Assembly: GCA_018669975.1 (NCBI GenBank) | Contig: JABHSK010000009.1 | Coordinates: forward strand, 51,127-115,126 | Origin: Candidatus Parcubacteria bacterium | GTDB taxonomy: Bacteria > Patescibacteriota > Patescibacteriia > UBA1558 > GWA2-36-10 | Direction: 5' to 3' | DNA length: 64,000 nt | Part shown: positions 1 to 9,625 of the stretch, piece after piece | How the letters are laid out: each line of letters opens with the position of its first letter | Numbering within the stretch: the first letter of the stretch is position 1 | Position numbers and translations under genes: made by a program | The notes under the pieces: model-generated | Seen by the model: only the letters and a program-made list of their open reading frames with translations | Told to the model about the DNA's origin: nothing | The model's database searches: none

Positions 1-745
1 AATCAAAAGTCAACTTCAAGAATTAGGTTTCAATGATAATGAAATCAAGGTTTATTTAGCTTTGACAGAATTAGGTGAAGCCAAGGCAGCCGCTATTGCT
101 AAACAAGCCGATCTCCCCCGTACTACTGTAATTAGTATCTTAGAAAAACTAAAAGAAGAAAATTACCTAACTGCTCATAAATATCGTGGGGCAATCTATT
201 ATTGGGTAGAGTCTCCCAAGACAATTAAAGAATCATTACTTTATAAGGTAGACATTGCTACTAATTTAGAAACTAGTCTTAATAATTTATATCGCTCTGA
301 ATCACACTTCCCTTTTGGTCAGGTCTATGACACTAAAACTAGTATCAAAAAATTTATAGAAAAGATAATATCTAACTTAAAGAAAAAAGATATCCTCTAT
401 ACTATAGACTCTCCTTTGGTAGGAAATTATGCTAAAATATTTTCCGAGGATTTTAATAAAATATTTCTTAAAGAAAAAAAGAAAAAAGAAGTGCTAACGC
501 ACACCTTGGTACCATATGGGTCTTTCGAAAAAATTGATCCCTATAAAATAAAAAGTCAAAATATACGCATTAGGGAACTACCTGCTGAAATTAAATTTTC
601 TTCTTCATTGTGGTTTATCAAAGACAATATGATACACTTTTCTGGTAAACCACCTTTTGTAACTTTAATCAAACACGAAGTAATAGTAAACAGCATGAAG
701 AGTATCTATGACTTCCTATGGAATACCTCCGAACCAAAAAACTAA
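1..745 (+). CDS. TrmB-family transcriptional regulator (5' end runs off the window; ORF track start at 62 is an in-frame TTG)
   Basis: In-frame upstream translation IKSQLQELGFNDNEIKVYLALTELG gives the N-terminal winged-HTH typical of TrmB sugar regulators; no stop between position 2 and 62. Confidence 0.55.
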   Translation, partial: IKSQLQELGFNDNEIKVYLALTELGEAKAAAIAKQADLPRTTVISILEKLKEENYLTAHKYRGAIYYWVESPKTIKESLLYKVDIATNLETSLNNLYRSESHFPFGQVYDTKTSIKKFIEKIISNLKKKDILYTIDSPLVGNYAKIFSEDFNKIFLKEKKKKEVLTHTLVPYGSFEKIDPYKIKSQNIRIRELPAEIKFSSSLWFIKDNMIHFSGKPPFVTLIKHEVIVNSMKSIYDFLWNTSEPKN

Positions 746-766
746 AACCAACACCTACTTAAAGAC

Positions 767-795
767 TTGACTTTAATCATGTTTCTTGCTATTAT
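767..795 (+). promoter_or_regulatory. sigma70-like promoter for tRNA-Glu (TTGACT, 17 nt spacer, TATTAT)
   Basis: -35 at 767-772, -10 at 790-795, about 18 nt upstream of the tRNA 5' end. Confidence 0.4.
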
Positions 796-813
796 ATTGA
801 CGTTTTCCTACTA

Positions 814-888
814 GGCCCCATCGTCTAGTGGTTAGGACACTAGGTTTTCATCCTAGCAACCGGAGTTCGATTCTCCGTGGGGTCACCA
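814..888 (+). tRNA. tRNA-Glu (anticodon TTC), CCA encoded
   Basis: Cloverleaf readable: acceptor GGCCCCA/TGGGGTC, D-loop GTCTAGTGGTTAGGAC, anticodon loop TTTTCAT, T-loop GGAGTTCGATTCTCC. Confidence 0.85.
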
Positions 889-930
889 AAAGATACTCAT
901 CTCTATGATGGGTGTTTTTTATTTATATAA

Positions 931-958
931 TTGACAAAACGTCAGATGATGTAATAAT
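931..958 (+). promoter_or_regulatory. candidate promoter (TTGACA, 16 nt spacer, AATAAT) for the HAD hydrolase gene
   Basis: Consensus -35 at 931-936; -10-like hexamer at 953-958. Confidence 0.3.
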
Positions 959-983
959 TAATCTAATTATTTATTCTAAAAAA

Positions 984-1580
984 ATGATTAAAGCTATAGC
1001 CTTTGACCTCAATGGGGTCATCATAACAGAGTCAGGTTACTTTACCCATAGACTCGAACAAAAATATAATATCCCTAACGAAGATTTTTTTAATATTTTT
1101 AGCAAAGTAATCAAGGTAGCCAGACAACCGGGCTGTGAAGATTTCTTTAAACTGTGGCAGCAAGGACTAAAAGATTTAGGATTATCAATATCTAAAGAAG
1201 ATTTTTTTGACCTATGGTTTTCTGGGGAAAGCTTAGTGCCTGCATTTTTAGAATATATAAAAACTTTACGAAAATCTGGACTAAAAATTTTTATTCTATC
1301 CAACAACTTCAAAGAGCGAACGACTTATTATAGACAAAACTTTACAGAGATTTTCGACAGCGTAGATCAGGCTTATTTTTCTTGGGAAACAGGTTTTGTA
1401 AAACCAGATCCACAGGCTTATCAAAATATATTGACAAAAAACAACCTACAAGGAAATGAATTAGTTTATTTTGATGATGTTGAAGAAAATATAAACTCTG
1501 CTAGCAACCTAGGAATAGTAGCACGAAAATTTGAGGATTTAGATAAAACAAAACAGACAATTGAAGCATTGATAAAATAA
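984..1580 (+). CDS. HAD-superfamily hydrolase (start chosen at MIKAIAFDLNGV; ORF track start 912 is less likely)
   Basis: Motif I AFDLNGVII at the N-terminus; later ILSNN and FDDV motifs typical of haloacid-dehalogenase-like phosphatases. Confidence 0.7.
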   Translation: MIKAIAFDLNGVIITESGYFTHRLEQKYNIPNEDFFNIFSKVIKVARQPGCEDFFKLWQQGLKDLGLSISKEDFFDLWFSGESLVPAFLEYIKTLRKSGLKIFILSNNFKERTTYYRQNFTEIFDSVDQAYFSWETGFVKPDPQAYQNILTKNNLQGNELVYFDDVEENINSASNLGIVARKFEDLDKTKQTIEALIK

Positions 1581-1586
1581 TAAATT

Positions 1587-1626
1587 TAAAAACACCCCAT
1601 AAATTTTACTAGGGTGTTTTTTTATT
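1587..1626. terminator. bidirectional intrinsic terminator (stem ACACCC/GGGTGT flanked by A-run and T-run)
   Basis: aaaaacaccccataaattttactagggtgttttttt lies between convergent genes. Confidence 0.5.
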
Positions 1627-1642
1627 TACTTCAAAATTTTAT

Positions 1643-2263
1643 TTAGGTTCTATTTTTGATAATAAATACCGCCAACATTATCACCAAAAGACCAAATACA
1701 ACATACACCACTATTCCCTGTGGTAATTTGGAATCACCAGCCGCATCAACAGATTGTTGTTGGATTAAATCTTCTGACTGTTCTAGAGAGCCAAATAATT
1801 CTGGCTGCGCTTCCTCGTTTGCACCTCGCTTAACTGGAGTTGGTGTGGGTACTGATGATTTAGACGCTGGTATTTTATCTAAACTAGTAGCTGGACAAGC
1901 ATAAACACTTAAACTCCCTACAGCTTCCTCCAGACCTCTTTTAATAGGTGTATCGCCGATAATATAAGTATCTCCAACAAAAACTATTGGCACTCCACCT
2001 CTGGTGATGGCATGCTTAGCAAACATTTGATTTAATAAATCCGCATTATTTTGATCCTCATAAACTTCATACCAATTAATCTGCCAGGTGGGATTATCAT
2101 TGGCAAGTTGAGTTATAAATGGTTTTACTGCTTCACAATGTGAACAACCGATACCATAGAAAAAATCAACACAAGGCCCACCAGCTGCTTGAGTTTTGTT
2201 AATATTTAACAAAAGACTACTAGCAAAAAATAATATTGATAAAATAAAAATAATTTTCTTCAT
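1643..2263 (-). CDS. secreted thioredoxin-fold thiol-disulfide oxidoreductase, membrane-anchored by a C-terminal TM helix
   Basis: N-terminal signal peptide, CSHC (CxxC) motif, Pro/Thr-rich linker (VPTPTPV), hydrophobic C-terminal helix IVVYVVFGLLVIMLAVFII. Confidence 0.55.
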   Translation of the reverse strand: MKKIIFILSILFFASSLLLNINKTQAAGGPCVDFFYGIGCSHCEAVKPFITQLANDNPTWQINWYEVYEDQNNADLLNQMFAKHAITRGGVPIVFVGDTYIIGDTPIKRGLEEAVGSLSVYACPATSLDKIPASKSSVPTPTPVKRGANEEAQPELFGSLEQSEDLIQQQSVDAAGDSKLPQGIVVYVVFGLLVIMLAVFIIKNRT

Positions 2264-2265
2264 AT

Positions 2266-4065
2266 CTACTCTACGGTTACTGATTTAGCTAAATTTCTAG
2301 GCTTATCCACGTCTAAACCTTTGAGGTCTGCTATATAATAGGCTAATAATTGTAGTGGAATAGCATTGATAATTGGTGAGAGCTCATCAATCACCTCTGG
2401 CACCTTAATAATACTATCAGCTAACTTGGAAATTTCTTTATCATCCTGACTAACAATAGCAATAATGTTTCCGTCACGAGCCTTAACTTCTTGCATATTG
2501 CTAATTATCTTTTGTGATAAATTATTCTTTGTGGCCACAAAAACTACTGGCATATCCTCATCAATTAAAGCAATAGGGCCGTGCTTAATTTCAGCAGCCG
2601 GATAACCCTCGGCATGAATATATGATATCTCTTTGAGTTTTAGAGCGCCTTCTAGAGCTACTGGAAAATTGAGACCTCGCCCTAAATACAAAAAGTTTTT
2701 ACTATCAACAAATTTAGCAGCTACTTCTTTGATATTATCCGCTTGTTTAAGCGCCTGATTAATCTGATATGGTATCTTGTCTAGTTGCTTGAGTAAATCT
2801 TTATCAATCTCATGACCCTGTTGTTGCCTAATATATAAAGCTAACAATAAAAGCGCTACTACCTGTGAAGTAAAAGCCTTGGTGCTAGCCACACCAATCT
2901 CGGGACCAACATGTAAATAAATCCCAGAATCAACTTCTCGAGTAATAGTTGAACCAACTACGTTAACTATACCTAGGGTCTTAGCTTGTTTAACTTTAGC
3001 CTCTCTGAGAGCTGCTAGAGTATCTGCTGTTTCGCCTGATTGAGAAATCACTACCATTACATCCTCTGAGCTAACTATGGGGCTGCGGTATCTAAACTCT
3101 GAAGCATAATCAACCTCAGCAGGAATTTGAGCAATTGATTCCAAAAAATGTTTACCTATCAATGCTGAGTGCCAACTAGTACCACAGGCAGTAATGATAA
3201 TTCTGTTTATTTTCTGAATATCAAAATCAACCGTTAACTTAACTTTCCCATCTTTAATGCGACCTCGTAAAGTATTAGCTATAGCTTCGGGCTGCTCCAT
3301 GATTTCTTTAAGCATAAAATGCTTAAAACCCTTTTTCTCCATTTGCTCAACATTCCATTTTATTTCATCAACCTCCTTATTAATCTGTTCACCCTCGAGG
3401 TTGGTAATAATATATTTACCTTGGGTAATAACAGCAATTTCATTATCGTTAAGATAAATTACTCTCTTAGTATGTTCTAATATGGCAGGAATATCTGAAG
3501 CAATAAACATTTCATTTTCTCCCACACCAATAATCAGTGGCGAGCCTTTACGAGCCACCACTATTTTATTCTCATCCTTATGAATTACAGCTAAACCAAA
3601 GGCTCCTTCTATTAATTTAAGTGCTTGACGTACGGCTGCCTCTAAATCATTCTTATAAAATTTTTCCACCAAATGGGCAATAATCTCTGAATCTGTTTGC
3701 GACTTTATTTTGTGCCCCTCCTTTTTTAATAATTCTGTTAGAGCTTGATGGTTTTCAATAATACCATTATGTACAATGGCTAGTTCCTGCTTACAATCTA
3801 GATGAGGGTGGGCATTAGCCTCATTAGGCTCTCCGTGGGTAGCCCAACGAGTATGAGCAATGCCGATAGCACCATTTAGGGTTTTTGATTTTACTTTTTT
3901 AGCCAGCTCTGAAATCTTACCCTTAGCCTTAACGGTCTTGAGTTGCTGCTTATCTGATACACAAATACCAGCGCTATCATAACCCCGATATTCCAACTTT
4001 TGTAAACCATCTAACAAAAGTGGTGTTATGTCTTTATTGCCAATGTAGCCAATGATTCCACACAT
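2266..4065 (-). CDS. glmS: glutamine--fructose-6-phosphate aminotransferase
   Basis: MCGIIGYIG N-terminal nucleophile, two SIS domains, C-terminal ...KSVTVE; 599 aa. Confidence 0.95.
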   Translation of the reverse strand: MCGIIGYIGNKDITPLLLDGLQKLEYRGYDSAGICVSDKQQLKTVKAKGKISELAKKVKSKTLNGAIGIAHTRWATHGEPNEANAHPHLDCKQELAIVHNGIIENHQALTELLKKEGHKIKSQTDSEIIAHLVEKFYKNDLEAAVRQALKLIEGAFGLAVIHKDENKIVVARKGSPLIIGVGENEMFIASDIPAILEHTKRVIYLNDNEIAVITQGKYIITNLEGEQINKEVDEIKWNVEQMEKKGFKHFMLKEIMEQPEAIANTLRGRIKDGKVKLTVDFDIQKINRIIITACGTSWHSALIGKHFLESIAQIPAEVDYASEFRYRSPIVSSEDVMVVISQSGETADTLAALREAKVKQAKTLGIVNVVGSTITREVDSGIYLHVGPEIGVASTKAFTSQVVALLLLALYIRQQQGHEIDKDLLKQLDKIPYQINQALKQADNIKEVAAKFVDSKNFLYLGRGLNFPVALEGALKLKEISYIHAEGYPAAEIKHGPIALIDEDMPVVFVATKNNLSQKIISNMQEVKARDGNIIAIVSQDDKEISKLADSIIKVPEVIDELSPIINAIPLQLLAYYIADLKGLDVDKPRNLAKSVTVE

Positions 4066-4071
4066 AGATTT

Positions 4072-4716
4072 TTAAATACCTCTTACTTTTCTATATATAC
4101 TTAATATAATTGGTGGGGCATACATTCTAATAAGTTCTTTCCGGCCACTTCTGAATGGACTGCTCCATTGATTTTGCCAAATCTTAAATTTAGTTTTAAA
4201 TCTTTTCATTTCCTCATCAGAAATTTCACCTTTAAAACCAGCACCTACAACAGTATGGGGAAACGTCCTGTCTCCGGCAGAGCCTACAAATGATGAGCTA
4301 AAAGGTTTAAGGAGGCTCTTAAATGCTTCAGGCGTATATCGCCAATAGTCATGCGGATGGTCATGGATGGGGAAATTCATAACAGAACTAATTATCAATA
4401 CACCGTTAGGCTTAAGTATCCTATAAGCTTCTTCAACAGCTTTATGTGGATATTCAACATGTTCTAAGGTGTCCATAATAATAACCGTACCCACTGACTC
4501 TGATGGTATATCTATTTTATGAAGATTTAAAACCACATCAACACCAATGCCCTGCCTCATATCAGCACCAACAAATTTTTTACCTTTGAAAAATGGCCTT
4601 AGGTCAGCTATCTTCTCTTGACCCTCTACCCTTAAAGATCCAAATTCATAAATCACTTCTTTCATCGGTAATGTCTGTGAGCATATTCCAACAAATTGTT
4701 TAACTAGCTTCCTCAT
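4072..4716 (-). CDS. class I SAM-dependent methyltransferase
   Basis: Methyltransf_11-like motifs (GADMRQGIGVD ... LKPNGVLIIS). Confidence 0.65.
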   Translation of the reverse strand: MRKLVKQFVGICSQTLPMKEVIYEFGSLRVEGQEKIADLRPFFKGKKFVGADMRQGIGVDVVLNLHKIDIPSESVGTVIIMDTLEHVEYPHKAVEEAYRILKPNGVLIISSVMNFPIHDHPHDYWRYTPEAFKSLLKPFSSSFVGSAGDRTFPHTVVGAGFKGEISDEEMKRFKTKFKIWQNQWSSPFRSGRKELIRMYAPPIILSIYRKVRGI

Positions 4717-4733
4717 AGATGTTTTATTAGTTT

Positions 4734-6581
4734 TTAATTCTTTCTAACTATAACTAAATAGGCTGGACTTAAATCAAAATTAACAAATAATTTTTGTAAT
4801 ACATAGAATGGAAGGACAAAAAATCCCTTGAAGAAAAAACTAAACCTTCCAGCCACACTTCTATCTATGCCACTTCTAGTAGTATTAACTTCCTTTGAAG
4901 CCATGACATCCTCTTTTTTTATGAGCTTTTTTCTAATAAACCATAACATGTTTGATAAAGGAAAGCCATAATTATAGAATTTAATAATTCTAAAGCCAGC
5001 ATCACCCAACAACTTACTTAATTCCTTTTTTTCATAACGACGATAATGCCCTGCCCACTCATCTAGAATGCTCCATTGTTTTTGATGTGCTGGCACTGAC
5101 ATTATAAATGTTCCATCTTTAGTTAATAGCTTGTTTATTTTATCTAAAGCAAATCTATCATCTTCTATATGCTCTAATACCTCTAGAGCGACTATCATTT
5201 GATACTTATCCTTTTCTGTACTTTTCAAAAAGTCAGCTAATTCAAATTTTATTTTTGGATGACCAACATTGTGCTTAGCAGTAGTAATGGCTTCCTGACC
5301 AATATCAACACCTGTACCTGAACTAAAATATGGGCTAAGACTAGCTATCATATCACCACTGCCAATGCCTATCTCTAAAAATTTATCTACTTTAATTTTA
5401 TTATTTTGTATATATTCTAAGATCGTCCTCTTCCTCATCATATAGGCCGGCGTGGGAAGCCAAGTAGACTTTTGTTTATATTGCAGAACATCTTTAAATG
5501 CTCTGCCTGTTTTAGAAATAACAAAATTATTATTAAATAAGTCAAAAGCTTTGATGGCTATCTTTTCAGCTAAAGCAGGCTCGTTCTTTATCATTAATAT
5601 CTTTTCAGCTAGAACACTTGCATCTTTTGGTGGACAAAACAAACAATTCTCCTGATCTATAAAACCAGCCGATAGAGAAGCCTGACAGTCAGCAATAATC
5701 ACTGGCTTTTTCATAGCTATCATTTGAAAAACTTTATTAGCCACCACTCGTCTACCCTTTTGGCTACCACCAAAATGACCTCCAATACAAACATCTGCCT
5801 GTGCTATCTTGGCTGGCAATCTATCAAAATCAACCCAGTCCATAAACTTAATATTTTTTACTCCTAAATCATTGGACATTTTCAGCATCTTACCATGTAG
5901 CTGACCAGTGCCAATTATTTCTAATTCTATAGATTTATCTGTGGTCAAAATTTTAGCCGCCTTAATTATGGTATCAATCCCATGAATTGGAGAAAACTTT
6001 CCATAAAATAAAACCTTAAACTTGTTAGATTCCTGTTTCTCTAAAGGAAAAAAAATATTCTCATCTGCGCCAATGTATACGTGAGATAATTTCTGTCGTG
6101 GTATCTTAAACTTCTTAGCAAAGTAATCGGCATGTTCAGGCGTGTCTAATATTACTTTATTTGCTAAACGACAACTGATCTTGTCCAAAAAATATAAAGC
6201 TTTTTTTATCAAAAAATTATTACTAGTTTTTCTATCATCAATCATAGTATCATAAATAGATAACATGGGATTAAAGATGATCTTTTTTCTCAAAAATAAA
6301 ACCCTAGCCAATAACATATCCAACTGACCAGGATAACCAACGATAACACAATCAATTTTACCTAGACCAAATCTTTTGATAATTAATTTCAAATATAATA
6401 AAATTGCCAAAAATATCAACAATATTTTCTTCCCCAGGCTAAGATTAATTTTATTTTCAAATTTAGCATATAGATCAACTCGGTATTCCACCACCTCCAC
6501 ACCATTGGCAATTAAACCATTGATAATATTCCTATTACGTGGATAATCTTTTTCATATGTACCAAAATAACAAACTCTCAT
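4734..6581 (-). CDS. bifunctional protein: N-terminal GT-B (GT1/GT4-like) glycosyltransferase fused to a C-terminal class I SAM methyltransferase
   Basis: N-terminal 370 aa glycosyltransferase-like; C-terminal LEIGIGSGDMIASL ... VALEVLEHIEDD ... KDGTFIMSV methyltransferase motifs. Confidence 0.55.
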   Translation of the reverse strand: MRVCYFGTYEKDYPRNRNIINGLIANGVEVVEYRVDLYAKFENKINLSLGKKILLIFLAILLYLKLIIKRFGLGKIDCVIVGYPGQLDMLLARVLFLRKKIIFNPMLSIYDTMIDDRKTSNNFLIKKALYFLDKISCRLANKVILDTPEHADYFAKKFKIPRQKLSHVYIGADENIFFPLEKQESNKFKVLFYGKFSPIHGIDTIIKAAKILTTDKSIELEIIGTGQLHGKMLKMSNDLGVKNIKFMDWVDFDRLPAKIAQADVCIGGHFGGSQKGRRVVANKVFQMIAMKKPVIIADCQASLSAGFIDQENCLFCPPKDASVLAEKILMIKNEPALAEKIAIKAFDLFNNNFVISKTGRAFKDVLQYKQKSTWLPTPAYMMRKRTILEYIQNNKIKVDKFLEIGIGSGDMIASLSPYFSSGTGVDIGQEAITTAKHNVGHPKIKFELADFLKSTEKDKYQMIVALEVLEHIEDDRFALDKINKLLTKDGTFIMSVPAHQKQWSILDEWAGHYRRYEKKELSKLLGDAGFRIIKFYNYGFPLSNMLWFIRKKLIKKEDVMASKEVNTTRSGIDRSVAGRFSFFFKGFFVLPFYVLQKLFVNFDLSPAYLVIVRKN

Positions 6582-6585
6582 ATGA

Positions 6586-7350
6586 TTATTTTTTCTTAGC
6601 TATATAAATAATTTCACTTTGCATCAGATTACTTTTCGTTACAGTGGCTTCATTTAATTGTTCGCAATACCTTTTTGCCTGAACATTAAAGCCAGCGGAT
6701 GCTAACCTGTCTATATAATCACGACCATACAACCTTAAATGATCATACTGCCCAAATAACCTCTCTCTGTCTATTGGCTCAACTATGTTTTTGTCTTCAA
6801 GTGTCCTGTCCCTCTTAGTATCTATCGGCACTTGCAATATTGCCCAGCCACCTGGTTTAAGTACTCGATAAACTTCCTTCATGGCTTTGACATCATCTTC
6901 TACGTGCTCCAAAACATGATTGGCAAACACAACATCAAAAAGATTGTCAGTGAACGGCATTTTGTGAATATCTAATTTTACCTCAGCTAATGGAGAATTA
7001 AGATCGCCGGTTACATACTCAAGGTTAGACATCTTTTTAAATTTTCTATAAAAACATTGTTCTGGGGCCAAATGTAAAACTTTCAATTTATCTCTAAAAA
7101 AATTAGTTTCATTTTTTAAATAAAACCATAATAATCTATGACGCTCCAAAGACAAACAGCCCGGACATAAAGAATTATTTCTATTTTTAGAACCATAAGA
7201 AAAAAACCGACTAAAGCCAGTTTCACATATTGGACAATAGTGTTTATTGCCTTTTAAAAAAATACTAAAAATATTAGAAAAAATAAAACTAAACCTAATT
7301 AGTTGATGCCTTGGTAATTTTTGTATTAAAAATAATTTGGCTCGTCTCAT
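6586..7350 (-). CDS. SAM-dependent methyltransferase with N-terminal zinc-ribbon
   Basis: CPICETGF...CPGC zinc ribbon, then VLHLAPEQ / VVFANHVLEHVEDD / LKPGGWAIL methyltransferase motifs. Confidence 0.65.
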   Translation of the reverse strand: MRRAKLFLIQKLPRHQLIRFSFIFSNIFSIFLKGNKHYCPICETGFSRFFSYGSKNRNNSLCPGCLSLERHRLLWFYLKNETNFFRDKLKVLHLAPEQCFYRKFKKMSNLEYVTGDLNSPLAEVKLDIHKMPFTDNLFDVVFANHVLEHVEDDVKAMKEVYRVLKPGGWAILQVPIDTKRDRTLEDKNIVEPIDRERLFGQYDHLRLYGRDYIDRLASAGFNVQAKRYCEQLNEATVTKSNLMQSEIIYIAKKK

Positions 7351-7366
7351 ATCTCAAGTTTAAAAA

Positions 7367-8671
7367 CTACTCAAACAAAACCATAATACTTACTAATAAT
7401 GGGAAATCTATTTTAACAATTTGCCCATTGGATAATAATATATCAGCAAGTGTTCTTCCCCAGGGATTCAAAAATCCAATCAAAGCAACTACAATTGAAA
7501 TAGCTGTTGTTGTGGTAAATAATAACAAAAAGTTATATGATCTTTTCTTGGTAAACAATAAAAGAAGGAAAAAATAAAGTAGCGGCGTAATAGCAATAAG
7601 CCAACGATAACCAAAGGATGCTCCAGTGTAAACCCTAACCTTTAAAGAATAATATAAAATTATAATTAAAAAACCCACGAAAATTATAAGTGCCTCTAAC
7701 CTAAAATGTGCTTTTCTGTTTCTTAAAATTTTATAAATTGAATAAATTGAAAATAAGAGAATTGGGGTATATAAAAATAATCCATGTGTGCCAAACAATA
7801 TATTTATCAAATAAACCAATGGTCTACTCCTTATTGCTGTGCCGTAGGCAACGCTTACTGGATCCCAGAATTCTGGATGAAATTGAGGTAGCAGAAAATC
7901 ACCAGTAACCTGGTAATTAAGTACCACCTGTAGAATCAACATAGGTAGGGCTGCCAAAATATAGTAAATTATATATTTTTTAGGAAATGTTACTAAACAG
8001 TAAATAAAAAATAAAAATAAAAATGTTAAACCAGTCGGAATATCAATTACCGCTGCCAAAGAAATAAAAAATCCTGATAAACTCAAATATTTTTTATAGT
8101 TATTGGATTTCTTTAATTTTAATTTTAACAAAAAATAAAACCCTATAAACAACAAACTACCCGCGATAGTGTGATTGTTTAAAGAAATAAAAAAAGAAAA
8201 AAATAATGTTCCTAAACCAAAACCTAGTAATAGCCATGTCCTATATTCTTTTCTAATATCTAATAATTTAATAGTTTTGTGGAGGATAAATAATAAGGCG
8301 AAAAAACTACCTCCCACCAAAATTAAATTAATAAAATAAATAGCCCAGCTTTGATCTAACATTCGAATATCAAGATTGAAAACATTGTATAGAACAAAAT
8401 ATACCCCCGCTCCAGCTACTGACAAAACTGGCGGTTTAGAAGAATAATAATTACCATCCCGAAGTATTTTATCATCAGTATTAATCTGATAATCATTGAT
8501 CACTAGTGTGCCTTGCTCAACTATGGCTTGCATAGTCATAAAGCGTGATGAGTTATTGGTACTATCTGAATGGGGTCGTGTAAAAGCTAAGGCAAAGATA
8601 GCAAAAAACATAATCACCAGCAAAAGCTGGGATTTTATAAAATATTGTGCAATGTGTTTTTTGAAACCCAT
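7367..8671 (-). CDS. polytopic integral membrane protein, possible GT-C-fold glycosyltransferase
   Basis: At least 10 hydrophobic helices; sits inside a glycosyltransferase/methyltransferase locus; no recognisable catalytic motif. Confidence 0.35.
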   Translation of the reverse strand: MGFKKHIAQYFIKSQLLLVIMFFAIFALAFTRPHSDSTNNSSRFMTMQAIVEQGTLVINDYQINTDDKILRDGNYYSSKPPVLSVAGAGVYFVLYNVFNLDIRMLDQSWAIYFINLILVGGSFFALLFILHKTIKLLDIRKEYRTWLLLGFGLGTLFFSFFISLNNHTIAGSLLFIGFYFLLKLKLKKSNNYKKYLSLSGFFISLAAVIDIPTGLTFLFLFFIYCLVTFPKKYIIYYILAALPMLILQVVLNYQVTGDFLLPQFHPEFWDPVSVAYGTAIRSRPLVYLINILFGTHGLFLYTPILLFSIYSIYKILRNRKAHFRLEALIIFVGFLIIILYYSLKVRVYTGASFGYRWLIAITPLLYFFLLLLFTKKRSYNFLLLFTTTTAISIVVALIGFLNPWGRTLADILLSNGQIVKIDFPLLVSIMVLFE

Positions 8672-8672
8672 T

Positions 8673-9623
8673 TTAAATGATTTTTTTTATGTAGTGCCTA
8701 GTTTCTTTTTTGTCTGCCTGTCGAACAATAATCTCTCCCAAAAACCCCATTGATATCAACTGGATGCCAATTATGATAAATAATACCCCTAAAAATAACA
8801 ACGGCCTACTACCAATAGCTTGCCCCTGAAACCAAACAATAGTTAAATATAAACACAGACCAGAACCGAGGAGAAAAAACATTAGACCCAAATTACCAAA
8901 GAAATGCGCTGGCTTACGAGCATACTTAGTCAATAAAATAACATTAATTGGATCTAATAAATAATTAGTAAATCTACCTAGTCCAAGATTGCCATATTTT
9001 GATTCGTCAAACTTGCGAGCATGGTGCTTAACTACGACCTCTGTCACCTTAAAGCCTTGTTGGTGAGCTAAAGCTGGCAGGAATCTATGCAGCTCTCCGT
9101 AAACGTTTATATTTTTTACTACCTCTTTTTTATAAATCTTAAAACCACAATTAAAATCATGCAGCTTTATTCCTGTCATTGATGCTACGGTAATATTAAA
9201 TATTTTAGAAGATATTAATTTTACCAAAGGATCCTTGCGATCTTTTTTCCAACCAGAAACCAGATCATAACCCTTATTTATTTTAGCTATTAGATTTGGT
9301 ATCTCATTGGGATCATCTTGCAAGTCAGCATCCATGGTAACAACTAAATCTCCCTGACATTCCTGAAACCCAATAGCTAGGGCTGCGGACTTGCCAAAAT
9401 TACGTCTTAGACTAATTACCTTAATTTGTTGATTGCTTACTTTGAGCTGCTTGAGAATATCTAGAGATCCATCATCAGAACCATCATCTATATAGACTAT
9501 CTCGTATGTTAAATTTAACCCAGTCAAAACATCAACTAATTTATCATTTAATTCCTGCAAAGAACCCTTTTCATTAAAAAGAGGAATTACTATTGATATT
9601 TCTTGATTAATTTTTTCAGACAT
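8673..9623 (-). CDS. GT2 polyprenol-phosphate glycosyltransferase (DPM1/ArnC/GtrB-like) with C-terminal TM helices
   Basis: ISIVIPLFNE, YIDDGSDDGS, TMDADLQDDP (DxD) motifs; two C-terminal TM helices. Confidence 0.85.
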   Translation of the reverse strand: MSEKINQEISIVIPLFNEKGSLQELNDKLVDVLTGLNLTYEIVYIDDGSDDGSLDILKQLKVSNQQIKVISLRRNFGKSAALAIGFQECQGDLVVTMDADLQDDPNEIPNLIAKINKGYDLVSGWKKDRKDPLVKLISSKIFNITVASMTGIKLHDFNCGFKIYKKEVVKNINVYGELHRFLPALAHQQGFKVTEVVVKHHARKFDESKYGNLGLGRFTNYLLDPINVILLTKYARKPAHFFGNLGLMFFLLGSGLCLYLTIVWFQGQAIGSRPLLFLGVLFIIIGIQLISMGFLGEIIVRQADKKETRHYIKKII

Positions 9624-9625
9624 GA

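Noticed and set aside
912-983. Upstream extension of the HAD hydrolase ORF to 912
   Set aside because: The extension encodes low-complexity MFFIYIIDK... ahead of a canonical MIKAIAFDLNG start, and a promoter-like element lies within it. The start at 984 is preferred.
1037-1312. 91-aa minus-strand ORF inside the HAD hydrolase gene. Other ORFs of this kind are 1656-1904, 3257-3457, 5452-5655, 7311-7577, 7708-7908, 12847-13983, 15817-16041, 21400-21855, 24641-24943, 26933-27508, 31488-31995, 35406-35860, 37029-37562, 56531-62997.
   Set aside because: All lie antisense to, or frame-shifted within, well-supported longer genes. They have low-complexity translations and no start signals, and are typical random ORFs in AT-rich DNA.
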